A stretch of DNA of 64,000 bases from Cyanophora paradoxa CCMP329. Its lineage: Eukaryota > Plantae > Glaucophyta. Within the stretch, counting starts at the first letter, position 1. The number at the start of each line of letters is the position of its first letter. A program made the position numbers and the translations under genes. The stretch is taken from NCBI GenBank assembly GCA_004431415.1, contig QPMI01000625.1, positions 62,001 to 126,000 on the forward strand. Direction: 5' to 3'. Under the pieces are notes generated by a model. The model worked only from the letters and a program-made list of their open reading frames with translations. It had not been told where the DNA came from and ran no database searches. Shown in pieces: positions 44,101-55,512 of this stretch.

Positions 44101-45114
44101 TCATTTTTTCATGTGTCTACGGCTGAGCGCAAGATCAGCTCCGCGGGGGACGGGTCTACCGTAACTAAGCGAGCCCCGATGGGAGTCCCGGACCCGGCGC
44201 ATCACCCCTGGCCGCCCGCGCGCCTCGCGCTCCGCCGCTGCCCGCTCGCGCTCCGCCGCCGCCCGCTCGCGCTCCGCCGCCGCCGCCCGCTCGCGCTCGC
44301 GCGCGCGCTCGCGCTCGCGCTCGCGCGCGCGCTCGCGCTCCGCCGCCGCCGCCCGCTCGCGCTCGCGCGCGCGCTCCGCCACCGCTGCCCGCGCGGCCGC
44401 CCACTCGCGCTCGCGCTCCTCCGCCGCCGCCCGCTCGCGCTCCGCCGCCCGCTCGCGCTCGCGCTCGCGCTCCGCCAACGCCGCCCGCTCGCGCTCCGCC
44501 GCCGACGCCAGCTGATCCCCCAGCTCCCGTTGCAGCTCAGCCGGCCCGCGCTTGAACTTTTGCCTCAGACGCTTCAGGCGCTCGGAGTCGATGAACTCCA
44601 GACCAGGAGGGAAGCGCTCCATATCGTTGTAGCCCAGCTCGAAGCGCCGCGGGACCTGGTCGTTGTCAGGGCGTTTCGCATGCGATCTCCTCCTCCCTTG
44701 CCGCCTCCTCTGCAAACAGGTAGCGTCCGAACGCTGCAAAACCGTTGAAGATCCCGTGCTGCAACTCGTCGACATCGAGCACAATGACACGGTCGGGCAA
44801 GACGATCAAGATGTCGGGCCGACGGAATCCGGGGACGTAGTGCGGAATCCCGGCGACCGTGCAGTCATACAAGACGAAGAACGGCTGGTCGGCGAGGACG
44901 AAGACGAAGAGCGACGAAGGCAGCGAGGCGAAGTAGGCGTTGAGGAACGCCAGCACATAACCCAGCACCCTGAGCTCGGCGCTGCGCACGCGTCATCATT
45001 CTCCGCGCTTCTCCGCGCTGCGCGCGCGCACGCGCACCACTCATCGCGCTGCAGGGTCTCGGGGTCGTGCCAGTGCTCCCGCACGAAGGCGCGCTTGTCC
45101 CGGCGCTTGCGCAT
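44101..45114 (-). CDS. Putative PD-(D/E)XK (Vsr-like, giant-virus type) endonuclease with A/E/R coiled-coil tail; one intron, one frameshift
   Basis: Intron ~45036-44982 joins RDEC|AELRVLGYV; core ADQPF...FRRPDILIVLPDRVIVLDVDELQH...Y...EAAREEEI; tail AAERERAAAERE repeats. Confidence 0.6.
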
Positions 45115-45286
45115 CGCCTCGAGTGGAGAGATCTTGAGGAGAAGGCATCGCCTCGCGAGAGGAGAGAGCTCGAGGAGAAGGCATCGCCTCGCGAGGAGAA
45201 AAATAAATTTGGGGAGAAAAATTATTGGGGGGTGGGGTTTACAGAGGCTACGGCATATCGGGGGGTTAGTGCATAATCACTCGGAA

Positions 45287-46757
45287 ATGGTGCGAGGGAC
45301 CGCGACAGGGCGCGACAGGGCGCTCCTGCACAGCTGCGGAGCTCTGGATTAGCTGCATAGAGCCTGCAGATAGCTTTATGCGCGGTCGCGGGAGTCTCGA
45401 TCAGTAGCATTGATCCGCGCATGCACAGGCTCGCGGACCAAAGAAGCACATGAAGCGCCTTGCGGCGCCCCGGCACTGGATGCTGGACAAGCTTGGCGGC
45501 GTCTACGTGCGCTGTCGCGCGCTCGAGCGCGGCACCGCCTCACTCGCGCCTGCAGGCCCCTCGCCCGTCCCCGGGCCCGCACAAGCTCCGCGAGAGCCTG
45601 CCGCTGATCATCCTGATCCGCAACCGGCTGAAGTACGCCCTCACCCGGCGGGAGGCGAACATGATCGTCCTCCAGCGGCTGGTCAAGGTCGACGGGAAGG
45701 TCCGCACTGACGCCCGCTACCCGGCCGGCTTCATGGGTGCGCCTCGCGATTGCAGCCGCGTGCATTGCGCACCCGCGTGCCCCGGGTCTGTCTGAGCCTT
45801 GCCGCAGACGTCGTCAGCATCGAGAAGACCAACGAGTTCTTCCGCCTGCTCTACGACGTGAAGGGGCGCTACGTCACCCACCGCATCACCCCGGAGGAGG
45901 CGAAGGTGCGGGGGCGCTGGCTTGCGCCGCGGCTGGACAGGAGTGGGCTGGCGAATCCGGCTTTCAGCCAGCGCGCTTGGAGCCTCTAGCTATGCAGTCC
46001 AGTTCGACGACGCATAGAAGGATCTTAGTTTCCTTTCCGCCGCGCTACGATCTCGTCCGCACCGCCTCCCGACGGCGCGTTCTGATGCGTCGTTTGCGCT
46101 CTCGCCGCAGTTCAAGCTTTGCTCCGTCCGCGCCGTGTCGGTCGGCCCTCGCTCTGTGCCCTTCATCGTCACTCACGACGGCCGCACCATCCGCTACCCG
46201 GACCCGGACGTGAAGGTACAATTGACCCGGCGCGTCTTCCGGACAGATCGGTGACCGACGCGGCGCAGGTTCACGACACCGTGAAGGTGGACATTGACAC
46301 CGGCAAGATCGTCGACCACATCAAGTTCGACCACGACCAGGTGCGCTGTTTTGTTTTCTTCCACAGGCGCGTGTTGACGGCTTCCAAACAGCTCTGCATG
46401 GTCATTCGTGGCAAGAACGCTGGCCGCGTCGGCCTTATCGTCAACCGCGAGCGGTGCGTTCATTTTCTGCCGAGCGATCCCCGGTTGGCGTGACCGAGCC
46501 CCGCTTGTTAGCCACCTCGGGAGCTTCGACATTGTCCACGTCAAGGACGCGTCTGGCCACGCCTTCGCGACCCGCCTCGACAACGTCTTCGTTATCGGCA
46601 AGGGCAACAAGGTTAGCCCAAACTCGCCCGACCCTGCAAGTCGTCGCGCGCTCACGGCTTCGAACGCCAGCCGTCGATCTCCCTCCCCAAGGGCAAGGGC
46701 CTCAAGCTCTCCATCATCGAGGAGACTGCCCAGCGCACTGAGAAGGCGGCCAAGTAA
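45287..46757 (+). CDS. RPS4: 40S ribosomal protein S4 (eS4), multi-exon
   Basis: M|[77 protein letters not shown]; TAA 46755-46757. Confidence 0.97.
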
Positions 46758-47872
46758 TGGGTCCATCGAGTGAGGGCCTCGCGGCAGCATCCAGATTCGA
46801 GCCATTGTTTCCGAGCACTCTCTGTGTATCCGAGAACAGAGAGATTTTCTTACAGTGCACGCTACGGCCGAGTATGTTGGCTGGACGAGCTCGGTTTCGG
46901 TGAGCTCGAGGCATCCTGCGAGCGCGCGCGCTCGCCGAGTCGATCTCGAGCTCCGCCCACGTGCAGGTGCTGCTGCACCGTGGCAATATAGTACTGCACA
47001 TTGATAACACTGGCATACTAGCCGCGGACAACGCAGGCTAGAAGCGGCGGTGCTAACTACGGGGGCGAGAAGCCGCGGACGACGCAGGCAGGGCCCTCTG
47101 AAGGGGGGCGCGCAACTTCCCCCTGGGGTTCCTACAAACTACGATGGGGACGAGGGGGGGGGGCCTGCCGCCGCGTCGACGTCGGGGCCCGCAGGCGACG
47201 ACGGAGGAGCTAGGCCCAGGGAGGAAGCGACGCCAGGGGCAAGCTCGGCGTCATCCACATCAATGATGACTTGGGGAGAGCCTGCATCATCGATAGCAGC
47301 ATCGAAAACGGAGCCCGGTGCCGGGGCGCCGGCCGCCGCCGGGGCGTGCGCAGCTGCAGCCGGCGCCGGAGAGCGGGCAGCTGCAGCCGGCGCCGGAGAG
47401 CGGGGCGGCCCGAGCGGGGCGAGCCGCACGGGCTTCATCCTCCGCCCCGCGTCCACGCCGGAGAAGAAGCAGCCTTCCACAAAGCACAGCATTGCAGAGT
47501 GCTCCTGCAGCTGCGGAAGTAAACAAGTGTGCTCGTTTGGTGTTCGATTACAATTGACCCTTTGGTCTCCAGGTTGTTCATTCTGAAATTTCCTTTCCTG
47601 AAGGCCTCTACTTCCTCGACCCCATCTGTGCAGCTGTGGATGCGAAGCGTGTTAATCCGGTCCCTTCAAGTTGATTCTCTAGATGCATGCCTCTCTTCCT
47701 CACACCATTGCAGGTAGTGTGGCGGGAATGGGAAGCGTGCTATAAGAGTGACATACCCGCTTTAAACAACGCCTCAATCTGCCCGAAATGCATCTCTCAG
47801 AGAATAGACGGTCTGCTTCAAGAACGTCATCTCTGGGCCACATGCCTCAATTTTTAACCAGTGCGCCAGACA

Positions 47873-48750
47873 TGCGGAGCGTAACAGGACTAGGTGCTCT
47901 GAGAATGCAACTACAGGAGGCACTTGGTGTCAGTCACACAGCATCGGAACCGGGATACTTGATACCTGCCAAGTATTTCCGAGGTTTGCTAACTCTCTCA
48001 TTATCACGCCTCCGATAGATACTAAGATCTTAGCAGCTCTGAAGACAGCACGAAATCCCAAGATTCCGGCTGACATGAACGAGGGCTTGTTTTGCTTGTG
48101 TGAAAGAAAGGGCTTTCGGGAATCCCTACGACAAGCAACTGCCACGGTCACGATGGAGGTCATCTTACACTTCAAAAATCATGCATCTATCTTCTCATCG
48201 CAGTGCAGGCATGGTCACTCATCAAAAAAATATATCCACTTACAAGCGAGTTCTTCTGGCAAGTGCCAGGCTGTTTGACCTGTTCAGAGTGTGAACAGAG
48301 AACATCTGGGGAGCTTGACACTCGTCGAGAGATGAGGGCCATAGAGCGGGTAGGGCGCCTCTCGTAGGGCACCTTTTTGTTTACGGTCACATTGACGAAT
48401 TTGCTTCGCAATCAGAGCTTTGTGGATCCTTTGTTCCGTGCTGTGTCTGCAGGGAAGGTCGTGCCACTTCGTCTGGAAGATGTGCGTGAAGACACAAGCT
48501 TTGTATTTTTCATGGCGAACACAAGCACAGATGAAAGCTGGGGATGAGCGTGAATTCAGGGTGCTCCCCACATCATGGCTCAGGGTCTGGGCGGTCTACA
48601 TTCAGAATGCCCAGGTAGCAAGTTATGGTGTGGTATTGAAACGTGATTATTTACAATAGTGCACAGGCTGACGAGCCTGCTCCACTTACAATTGATGGTC
48701 TTCTTTGCGAACATGGACAATTGATGTACGATCTGAACTGGACTTGGCTA
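47873..48750 (+). pseudogene. Degenerate DUSP-repeat region resembling the USP48/UBP26 C-terminal part
   Basis: GYLIPAK..MNEGLFC|CRHG and FRVLPTSWLRVWAVYI..PAPLTIDGLLCEHGQLMYD; interrupted frames. Confidence 0.5.
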
Positions 48751-49075
48751 GCGCTGCGGCACATTTGGCACCCCCGAAGCGTTTGGCACTGTACCCCTCA
48801 CATCAAAGCCCCAATCGAAGTCCCGTGGCGCGCAGCGCGCGGAGGTCGTTGACCTTGTAATTGAACCAATTGTCGATCTATAGCTAGTGTCTCAGCGCGG
48901 CGCCTCTCGACATCGCGTCACGGACGCGCGCCTCAGGGCCTGCCGCTTGCGCTTCTCATCTACGCTCGCCCGGACCTTGGCTCGAGCACATTCTCCTTCA
49001 TTCTTTGCGAACACCAAGGAGCGCACAGTGGTCGCCTGGAGCTCGGCTCGTGCACGTTGCATCCGCGGCCACACA

Positions 49076-50012
49076 ATGCTCCGTCAGCTCTACGAGTCCT
49101 CGTTACGCAAACTCTACGCCTGGATCCTCTCGTTGTTCTTCAAGACGGAGCTCGAGCTCTCGCTGATAGGTGTGACACCTTGCGTTAACAAAATGCGTTA
49201 ACAAAATGCTTGCAAAAACCTTGCGTTAACAAAATGCTTGCAAAAAGGGTTGCAAAATGCTGGGAAAACGACATTGACACAGTGCGCACGTTTGGCGAGC
49301 TGTGGCGAATTTAATTTTTCCCTTGCACAGAGTCCTTGAGACGGGAAAGCCTACGGAAGATATGATTCCCACTGTCGGGTACACTCTATAATGTACTCTG
49401 CTCACGTTGCTTGATTTCGCCTCTATTTGCTCACAGGTTCAACATGAGAAAAGTGACGAAGGGAAAAGTGACCATCAAGCTTTGGGGTAAGCGATGCTTG
49501 GCGGCCAACCCCGATTTCGGTCGATGTGGGAGAGATCTTGGCCCCACCGACAGATCTTGGCGGCCAACCCCGATTTCGGTCGATGTGGGAACGGTACTGC
49601 AGGGTCAGCCGAATTCGATATCAATTTCAAAATGAAAGGCTCAGTGCGAAATCAGGGCGTGAACGCCATAGTCTACGTGGTCGACTCGGCAGATCCTGCT
49701 TCTTTGGAAGAATCAAAAGCCGAGCTGCTTGATCTGATCAGCAAGCCGGCCCTCCAAGACATTCCCCTCCTCGTTCTGGGCAACAAGAACGATTTGCGTA
49801 CGATACTCCAAGCGCAATGATTCTTGAATCCGTGTCTTACTGTTGCACATGCAGCGGGTGCTATTTCAGCGGAGGGCCTGATCGAGAAGATGGGCCTCAA
49901 AAGCATTGGTGGCCGCGATGTCGCTTGTTACAGTATCTCAGCAAAGCATGCGGTCAACATTGAGCCCGTCCTTGACTGGTTAATCCAGCATGGCGGCCAG
50001 GGTAGGAGGTAG
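49076..50012 (+). CDS. ARL8: ADP-ribosylation factor-like GTPase 8 (multi-exon)
   Basis: [14 protein letters not shown]|[62 protein letters not shown]. Confidence 0.93.
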
Positions 50013-50074
50013 ACTGGGTGTTTTTTGGTGAAATCAGACCATATGTGTGACTTGACCACATGTGTCAGTGTGAC

Positions 50075-50205
50075 CTGCGTTCAGCGCAGACATCTGTGAA
50101 CTACGTATACTGCCTGTCTGGGCTACACATAGGAAGGCCCGCGGCCTCGCCGTTTCCTGCCCCACCGTTCCTCGCAAGGGGAAGTAAGGGGAGCGCTCCA
50201 CCCGT
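50075..50205 (+). mobile_element. Diverged family A end
   Basis: CTGCGTTCAGCGCAGACA...GCCTGTCTGGGCTACACATAGGAAGG. Confidence 0.65.
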
Positions 50206-50450
50206 GCACGCGCATGTGCAGGTGCACGCGTAACCTTAGGACCTTCCAACCAGCCCCAGCAACGTTTTGTCCGACCCCAGACTCGCTAGCGCTGAGATCG
50301 TAATCGAAATCAAAGCTAAGATGTGCAAGTTATAATTAAACGTGACCTCGAGGCCGAACGAGCTGCTCACCCCCCCTAGGAGGTGAGACCTTGTTACAGT
50401 ATATCGCATTTGGTGTAGGCCTAGGTGAACATGAGCCCGTAGGAGGTAGC

Positions 50451-50710
50451 ATGCATTTGGACACGAACTAAAAACGCAAGTCTGCCCCGGTGGGCTACAA
50501 GTGTGGGATGTACACTGCCGCCGCCGCGGCCGCGAACCCAGCCCACCAGCAAGCTGGCCGGTGGGGCCCTGCGTGGCCCCCCTAAGCTTAAGGAGTGTAA
50601 TGCGCCTCCCCGCGGAAACTCTGGCTAGCCAGAGCTACATGCATATGTGCCCGCACAGCATTGAGTGCGGCATTGCGTCTTGTGGTGGCCGGGGGTCGTC
50701 TCGAGGTGCA
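50451..50710 (+). mobile_element. Family B copy
   Basis: GCATTTGGACACGAACTAAAAACGCA...GGCCCTGCGTGGCCCC...TAATGCGCCTCCCCGCGG. Confidence 0.75.
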
Positions 50711-50864
50711 CATGGCCACATCGTTGCGGCTGGGGCGACTCGGCGAAATTTAAGCTATTTATATTAGATGTCCAAATTCAATGTTTGGTCCAACCTCAGA
50801 TGCTGATCGACTCGGCGAAATCTTAGCTAGGGCTAAGACGCCGAAAATTTGGTTCAACCTCAAT

Positions 50865-51256
50865 CGCATTTGGACACGTACTAAAACGCAGGTCCGTGCT
50901 ACAAGAGTGCCAGCGTGCGAGGGACACGGAATGCAAACGCGCTCGGTGGCCGTAGCGTACGCACGCATGTCGCACGGCCGCACCGATGGAGTGTTCATCG
51001 TCGCGTCCGTAGTCTAGATCTGGTGCGCGCGTCAGTGTGCTGTACAGCAACAGCAACGCGTATGGTAGTGTAAACTACCTCGACCTCAGGCGTATGTGGC
51101 TGGTCGGCGCTCAGCGGCTGCTAGCGCTGGTCTGTTGTTAGCCTAGTAGCGTGCAGGGGTTCGCATGAAGACTAGCCTGCACGACTTTCATTAATTTCGT
51201 CCAATTTTCGTCCAAATGGTACTTTCGTCCAACTTTCACTTTTTCGTCCAACCCCT
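50865..51256 (+). mobile_element. Family C copy, starting with a family B-like end and finishing in TTCGTCCA repeats plus CCCCTG
   Basis: Homology to 38035-38437; followed by an inverted 34-nt motif (to 51280). Confidence 0.75.
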
Positions 51257-52458
51257 GATCGTAATCGCAGATCAAGGGGACGCGTACGCGTACGTTATAT
51301 TATTATTATCAGTGACGAGCTGCTCAACCCCGCCCCACCCTCCCCGATATCCCCCTGCTCAGTATCAGAGCGTAATACCGACATCTTCTTTATCTTACAT
51401 ATCCTTCTCCTATCTTCTCGACTTTAAAAAAGCGCTTGAACGGCTGCGAAGTTATTGCTTTCCCATCCACAGAGCGGCCCATCTCCTGTCACGTGTTAGC
51501 TGCTCTCACGCACACTGTTAAACAAAGTGCACTTTGGGGTCTTGATAGGTGGGCATGTCATTCAAAGTCTCTCTTGCGATCCGTCTTGAAGACCAATTTT
51601 TTTCAGCTGCTCATTTTCCGATGATCGACCGCGGCGCACCTTCTTAGCTCATCATTTCCCTCCAAAGCACCTTTGATGACGAAAGGCTTTATGAAGCGCA
51701 GCTGCGGGGGGGGGGGGGGGGGGGGGGTTCCGTTACATGCGCAAGGAGGCAGCGGGGTGAACCACAACGAACCCCACCGCGAGTATCTCCTTCGCTGCGG
51801 CTCTGTGAGCTCGAGAGGCGAGAAAGAATGTCAAAGCATTCTGCTGAAATGCTGACCCGTTAATAAATTTTCGGCTTTCAAGCCCCTGACTTTCGAGTCG
51901 AAGCGCTGGCCTCGATGATGCGGACGACTCAGTAGCCAGGCGCGCCGCCCTGCTCGGGAGAGACACCGAGCTCGCAATGGACTGCAGAGGGTTCCCATAA
52001 ACTTCCTGCCACTCAGCGATCGTGGAGACCCTGCGCGATGCGGAAGCTAGATCGCCCATATTCTGGCCCGAGGCCCGAGGCACGAGTCTGCGCTGCGACT
52101 TGAAATCGTCATCGGAATCAGCCAACAGGTGTAGCTACCTGTAGCTACTGAAGCTTTGCTGTAGCTGAAGAGCAGGTCTCGAATCAGCGTTCTCCTCTGT
52201 TCACGTGAAACTACGCCCCCGGCGGGACTAAACTGAGTAGCTACTGCACTGAACAATACACGTATGCTAGGTGCGAGAGCTAGCCGTGTTAGCTAGAACC
52301 GAAAGCGGCATTCGAGAGCCTGTACCCCCCTGTGTCGGGGCTAAGAGGTGTGGGACGGCAGGTGCGGCATCGCGTCTTGGGGAGGCTAAGAGGGGAGGTG
52401 TGGGCTAAGAGGTATACTTTCCCCCCTCGAGGGAATTCGGGAATTCTCCCTTTCTCCT

Positions 52459-52461
<3 letters not shown>

Positions 52462-52505
<44 letters not shown>
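52462..52505. repeat. (TA)n microsatellite, about 22 units
   Basis: Seen directly. Confidence 0.95.
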
Positions 52506-52507
<2 letters not shown>

Positions 52508-54060
52508 AGACACCCGCTCACGCGGGGAAGGCCCCCCCCCTCCCCCCACCCCTTCCCACCCGTCCACATTCGTTCGATTAGTTTAGATCGAAGGGAAAGG
52601 ACATTGCATTTGATTTAAATCAGTACACGAGCTCGAGGTAGATCTGTAAGTAGATCTGTTTCGCAATTTTCGTGGTGCTAGTTAGGGCTGCGGAGGCGAG
52701 AGGAGAAGGCCTAGGACATTGATTTTTCTTATATTGGGCGGTATTGTAATTGGGGTAGGAGATCTAGATTAATCAAGGCCTAGGCGAGAGTTTTGAGGAG
52801 AGATCATCGGATGTGCACATGCACTGAGAGGGCCGGGCTGGGGCGGGGTTCTCGTGGTCAGGCGCATGTACAGAGCCTCGGAGCCTGCGAATCGCTTAAA
52901 TAGAATCTCGAATGCATAAAGTATTGATCTGCCGCAGTGCTGGCCTAGGGCTGCGGAGGCGAGGGCGGGCGGAAAGATATTGATGTGCAGCTGCATATGC
53001 ATGCAGGTCTCTGCAGGATCGAATTTTTGGCGTCGGCTGAGTTTTCGTGCTCTGTCCCGGCCGCAGAGCTTGCGCAAAACTTTGTAAAGCTGTCAAATAA
53101 ATATTTAAGCGAAGCGCATGCGTCAGGATGCGAGGGCGCGAGGACAGATGTTCAGGTCCGTGCAGGATCGAATTTTCGGGGACGGCTGGGTTCTCGCGGC
53201 CCGGCGCATCTAGAGAGCGAAGGGAATGCTTTCTCTATATCTCAAATGCATATACTATTGTTCCGCGCATGCGCCGCGGCGTGGGCGCGCGGAAAGTTCG
53301 ATGGGAGAGTGCAGAATCGCATTTTTTGCTGCGCATGCAGTTTGCCTTCTCGTGCTTCGCTGGCGCTCGAAGGCGAATTTCGGGGCAACGCAGGCTTTTA
53401 TAAGTCTATGCGCATCTATGCGCATTGCTCTCGTGCATTGTCGGACAGGGATCGGCTGGCCCATGCATGTGGATCAAATTTTCGAGTGACTCGGATCGAT
53501 TCCGAAATTTCGGGGTGACTGCGAGCTTGAGTTCGACCTTTCCAGCGGTATGTTAGCGATATTTACCATGCGCTGCGTCGCTCGCAGTGCTCGCTGCGGC
53601 GCCGCATTGCGTCGCGGGGCGGCTGGAAAATTTTCCAGGGTCCCACCATCGTTGCCAGTCGTGGGTGGGAGGCGGTTCAAATACCCGCCTGAGAACTACC
53701 GATTTCGGTTGCGGTTTTAGCCTAGCGGTTAGGATTCTCGGTTCCTGACCCAAAAACCCGGGTTCGGGTCTGGGGGGAGGATTCCTTCCTGAGGGCACGC
53801 ACGCGACACGGACAGGGCACCGATTGGTCACCGATAGCGGGTAACTGGACCGAGCGTGCGCTAGTGGTCGAGCCGGGTAGAAGGTATAACATATGATATA
53901 CTAGAGGGGGAAGAAACGGCACGGACCAATCACCGAGCGGGCACCGATAGGGCACGGTGCTGGGACGGTGGGGGCGGAAGTTGAGGGGAGCAGTCGTAGT
54001 GGAATGCCGCCTGGAGTAATTCGTGCGGCGACCTGGGAAAAAATTATGGGGGGGGCCCAA
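52506..54060. mobile_element. Non-coding repeat family D copy 1 (~1.55 kb), bounded by (TA)n on both sides
   Basis: Starts CAAGACACCCGCTCACGCGGGGAAGGCCCCC; colinear with 54073-55480. Confidence 0.75.
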
Positions 54061-54072
54061 TATATATATATA

Positions 54073-54095
54073 CAAGCACCCCGCTCACGCGGGAA

Positions 54096-54126
<31 letters not shown>

Positions 54127-55480
54127 GCACCGTCCCTCCCGTCCGCCTCGTCCCCCGACTCCCCCGGGCCCCGCCTTCATGATCGCGCAAGAGCGAGAGG
54201 AGAAGGACATTGATTTTTCTTGAGAGCTAGATTGCATTGCCAGCTGCAGTGCGGGCGGTATCAGTATTGGGGTAGGAGATCTCAGAGTCTAGATTAATAA
54301 CGGCCTTGCATGCATATGCACTAGAGGGCCGGAGCGGGGTTCTCGTTGTCATGCGCATGCGCAGAGCCTGCGATTCGCTTAAACAGAATTTCAAATGCAT
54401 ATAGTATCGATCTGCAGGGCTGTGGAGGCGAGGGCGCGCGGAAAGATATGCAGGTCTGTCCAGGATTGAAAGTTTGGCGTCGGCTGGATTCCCGTGCTCT
54501 TTCGCGCCGACGAGCTTGCGCAAAGCTTTGAAAAGCTTTGAAATGAATACTGTAGCGATAGGCATACGTGAGGATGCGAGGGCGCACGGAAAGATGTGCA
54601 GGTGCGTTCAGCATCGAATTTTCGGGGTCTTCTGGGCTCTCGCGGCCCGGCGCATCTGCAAAGCATGGGGAATGCTTGCTCTATATCTCAAATGCTTATC
54701 CTATTGCTCCGCGCACGCGCTGCGGCGTGGGCGCGCGGAAAGATCGATGGGAGAGTGCACAATCGCATTTTTCTGCAGTTCGCCTTCTCGTGCTGTGGCG
54801 GGGCTCGAAGGCGAATTTCGGGACGGCACACGCTCTATTTAGTCTATGCGCATCTATACGCATTGCTCTCGCGCGTTGGCGGACAGGAATCGGCTGGTCC
54901 ATGCATTTGAATCAAGTTTTCGGGTGACTGATAGTGATTCCGAAATTTCGGGGTGACTGCGACCATGAATTCGACCCTTCCAGCGCTAGAATAGCGATCA
55001 TGAGCATGCGCTGCGCCGCTTGCAGTGCTCGCTGCGGCGCCGCACTGTGTCGCGGGGCGGCTTGAAATTTTTCCAGGGTCCCACCTTCCTTCCGAGTCGT
55101 GGGTGGGAAGCGGTTCAAATACCCGGCTGAGAACTTCCGATTTCGGTTGCGGTTTTAGCCTAGCGGTTAGGATTCTCGGTTCCTGATCCGAAGACCCGGG
55201 CTCGATTTGGGGGAGGACGATTCCCTCCTAAGGGCACGCACAGGGCACGGACAGGGCACCGATTGGTCACCGATAGAATCGAAGGTGGATTTCGAGGGCT
55301 TAACCCGTGCGAAGTGGTCGAGGATATATGCATATGATTTGATTGAGGAGAAGGATAGGGCACCGACCAATCAGAATCTGACGCGGAGGGAATGTGGAGA
55401 GGATTTCGGAAATGACAAGCCTCGACGAATCGGGAGACTTGTGAGGCAGTGATGGAATTAATAATAACCCCCAAAATGGG
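54073..55480. mobile_element. Family D copy 2 (diverged), head-to-tail after (TA)6
   Basis: Starts CAAGCACCCCGCTCACGCGGGAAGGCCCCC; shares blocks such as GGTTGCGGTTTTAGCCTAGCGGTTAGGATTCTCGGTTCCTGA. Confidence 0.75.
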
Positions 55481-55512
55481 ACTTTATAAGAATCATTATT
55501 AATAGTTAATAA

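Noticed and set aside
45200-45283. Possible Mutator-like terminal inverted repeat (minus strand GAGTGATTATGCACTAACCCCCC) bounding the nuclease cluster
   Set aside because: No matching partner end or target-site duplication found; it may simply be the RPS4 promoter
47139-47720. Minus-strand Pro/Ala-rich ORF with a possible upstream exon
   Set aside because: Low complexity, no start or domain identified
51400-52125. Minus-strand coding-like fragments (MADSDDDFKSQRR...)
   Set aside because: No recognisable domain and interrupted frames; cannot support a gene call
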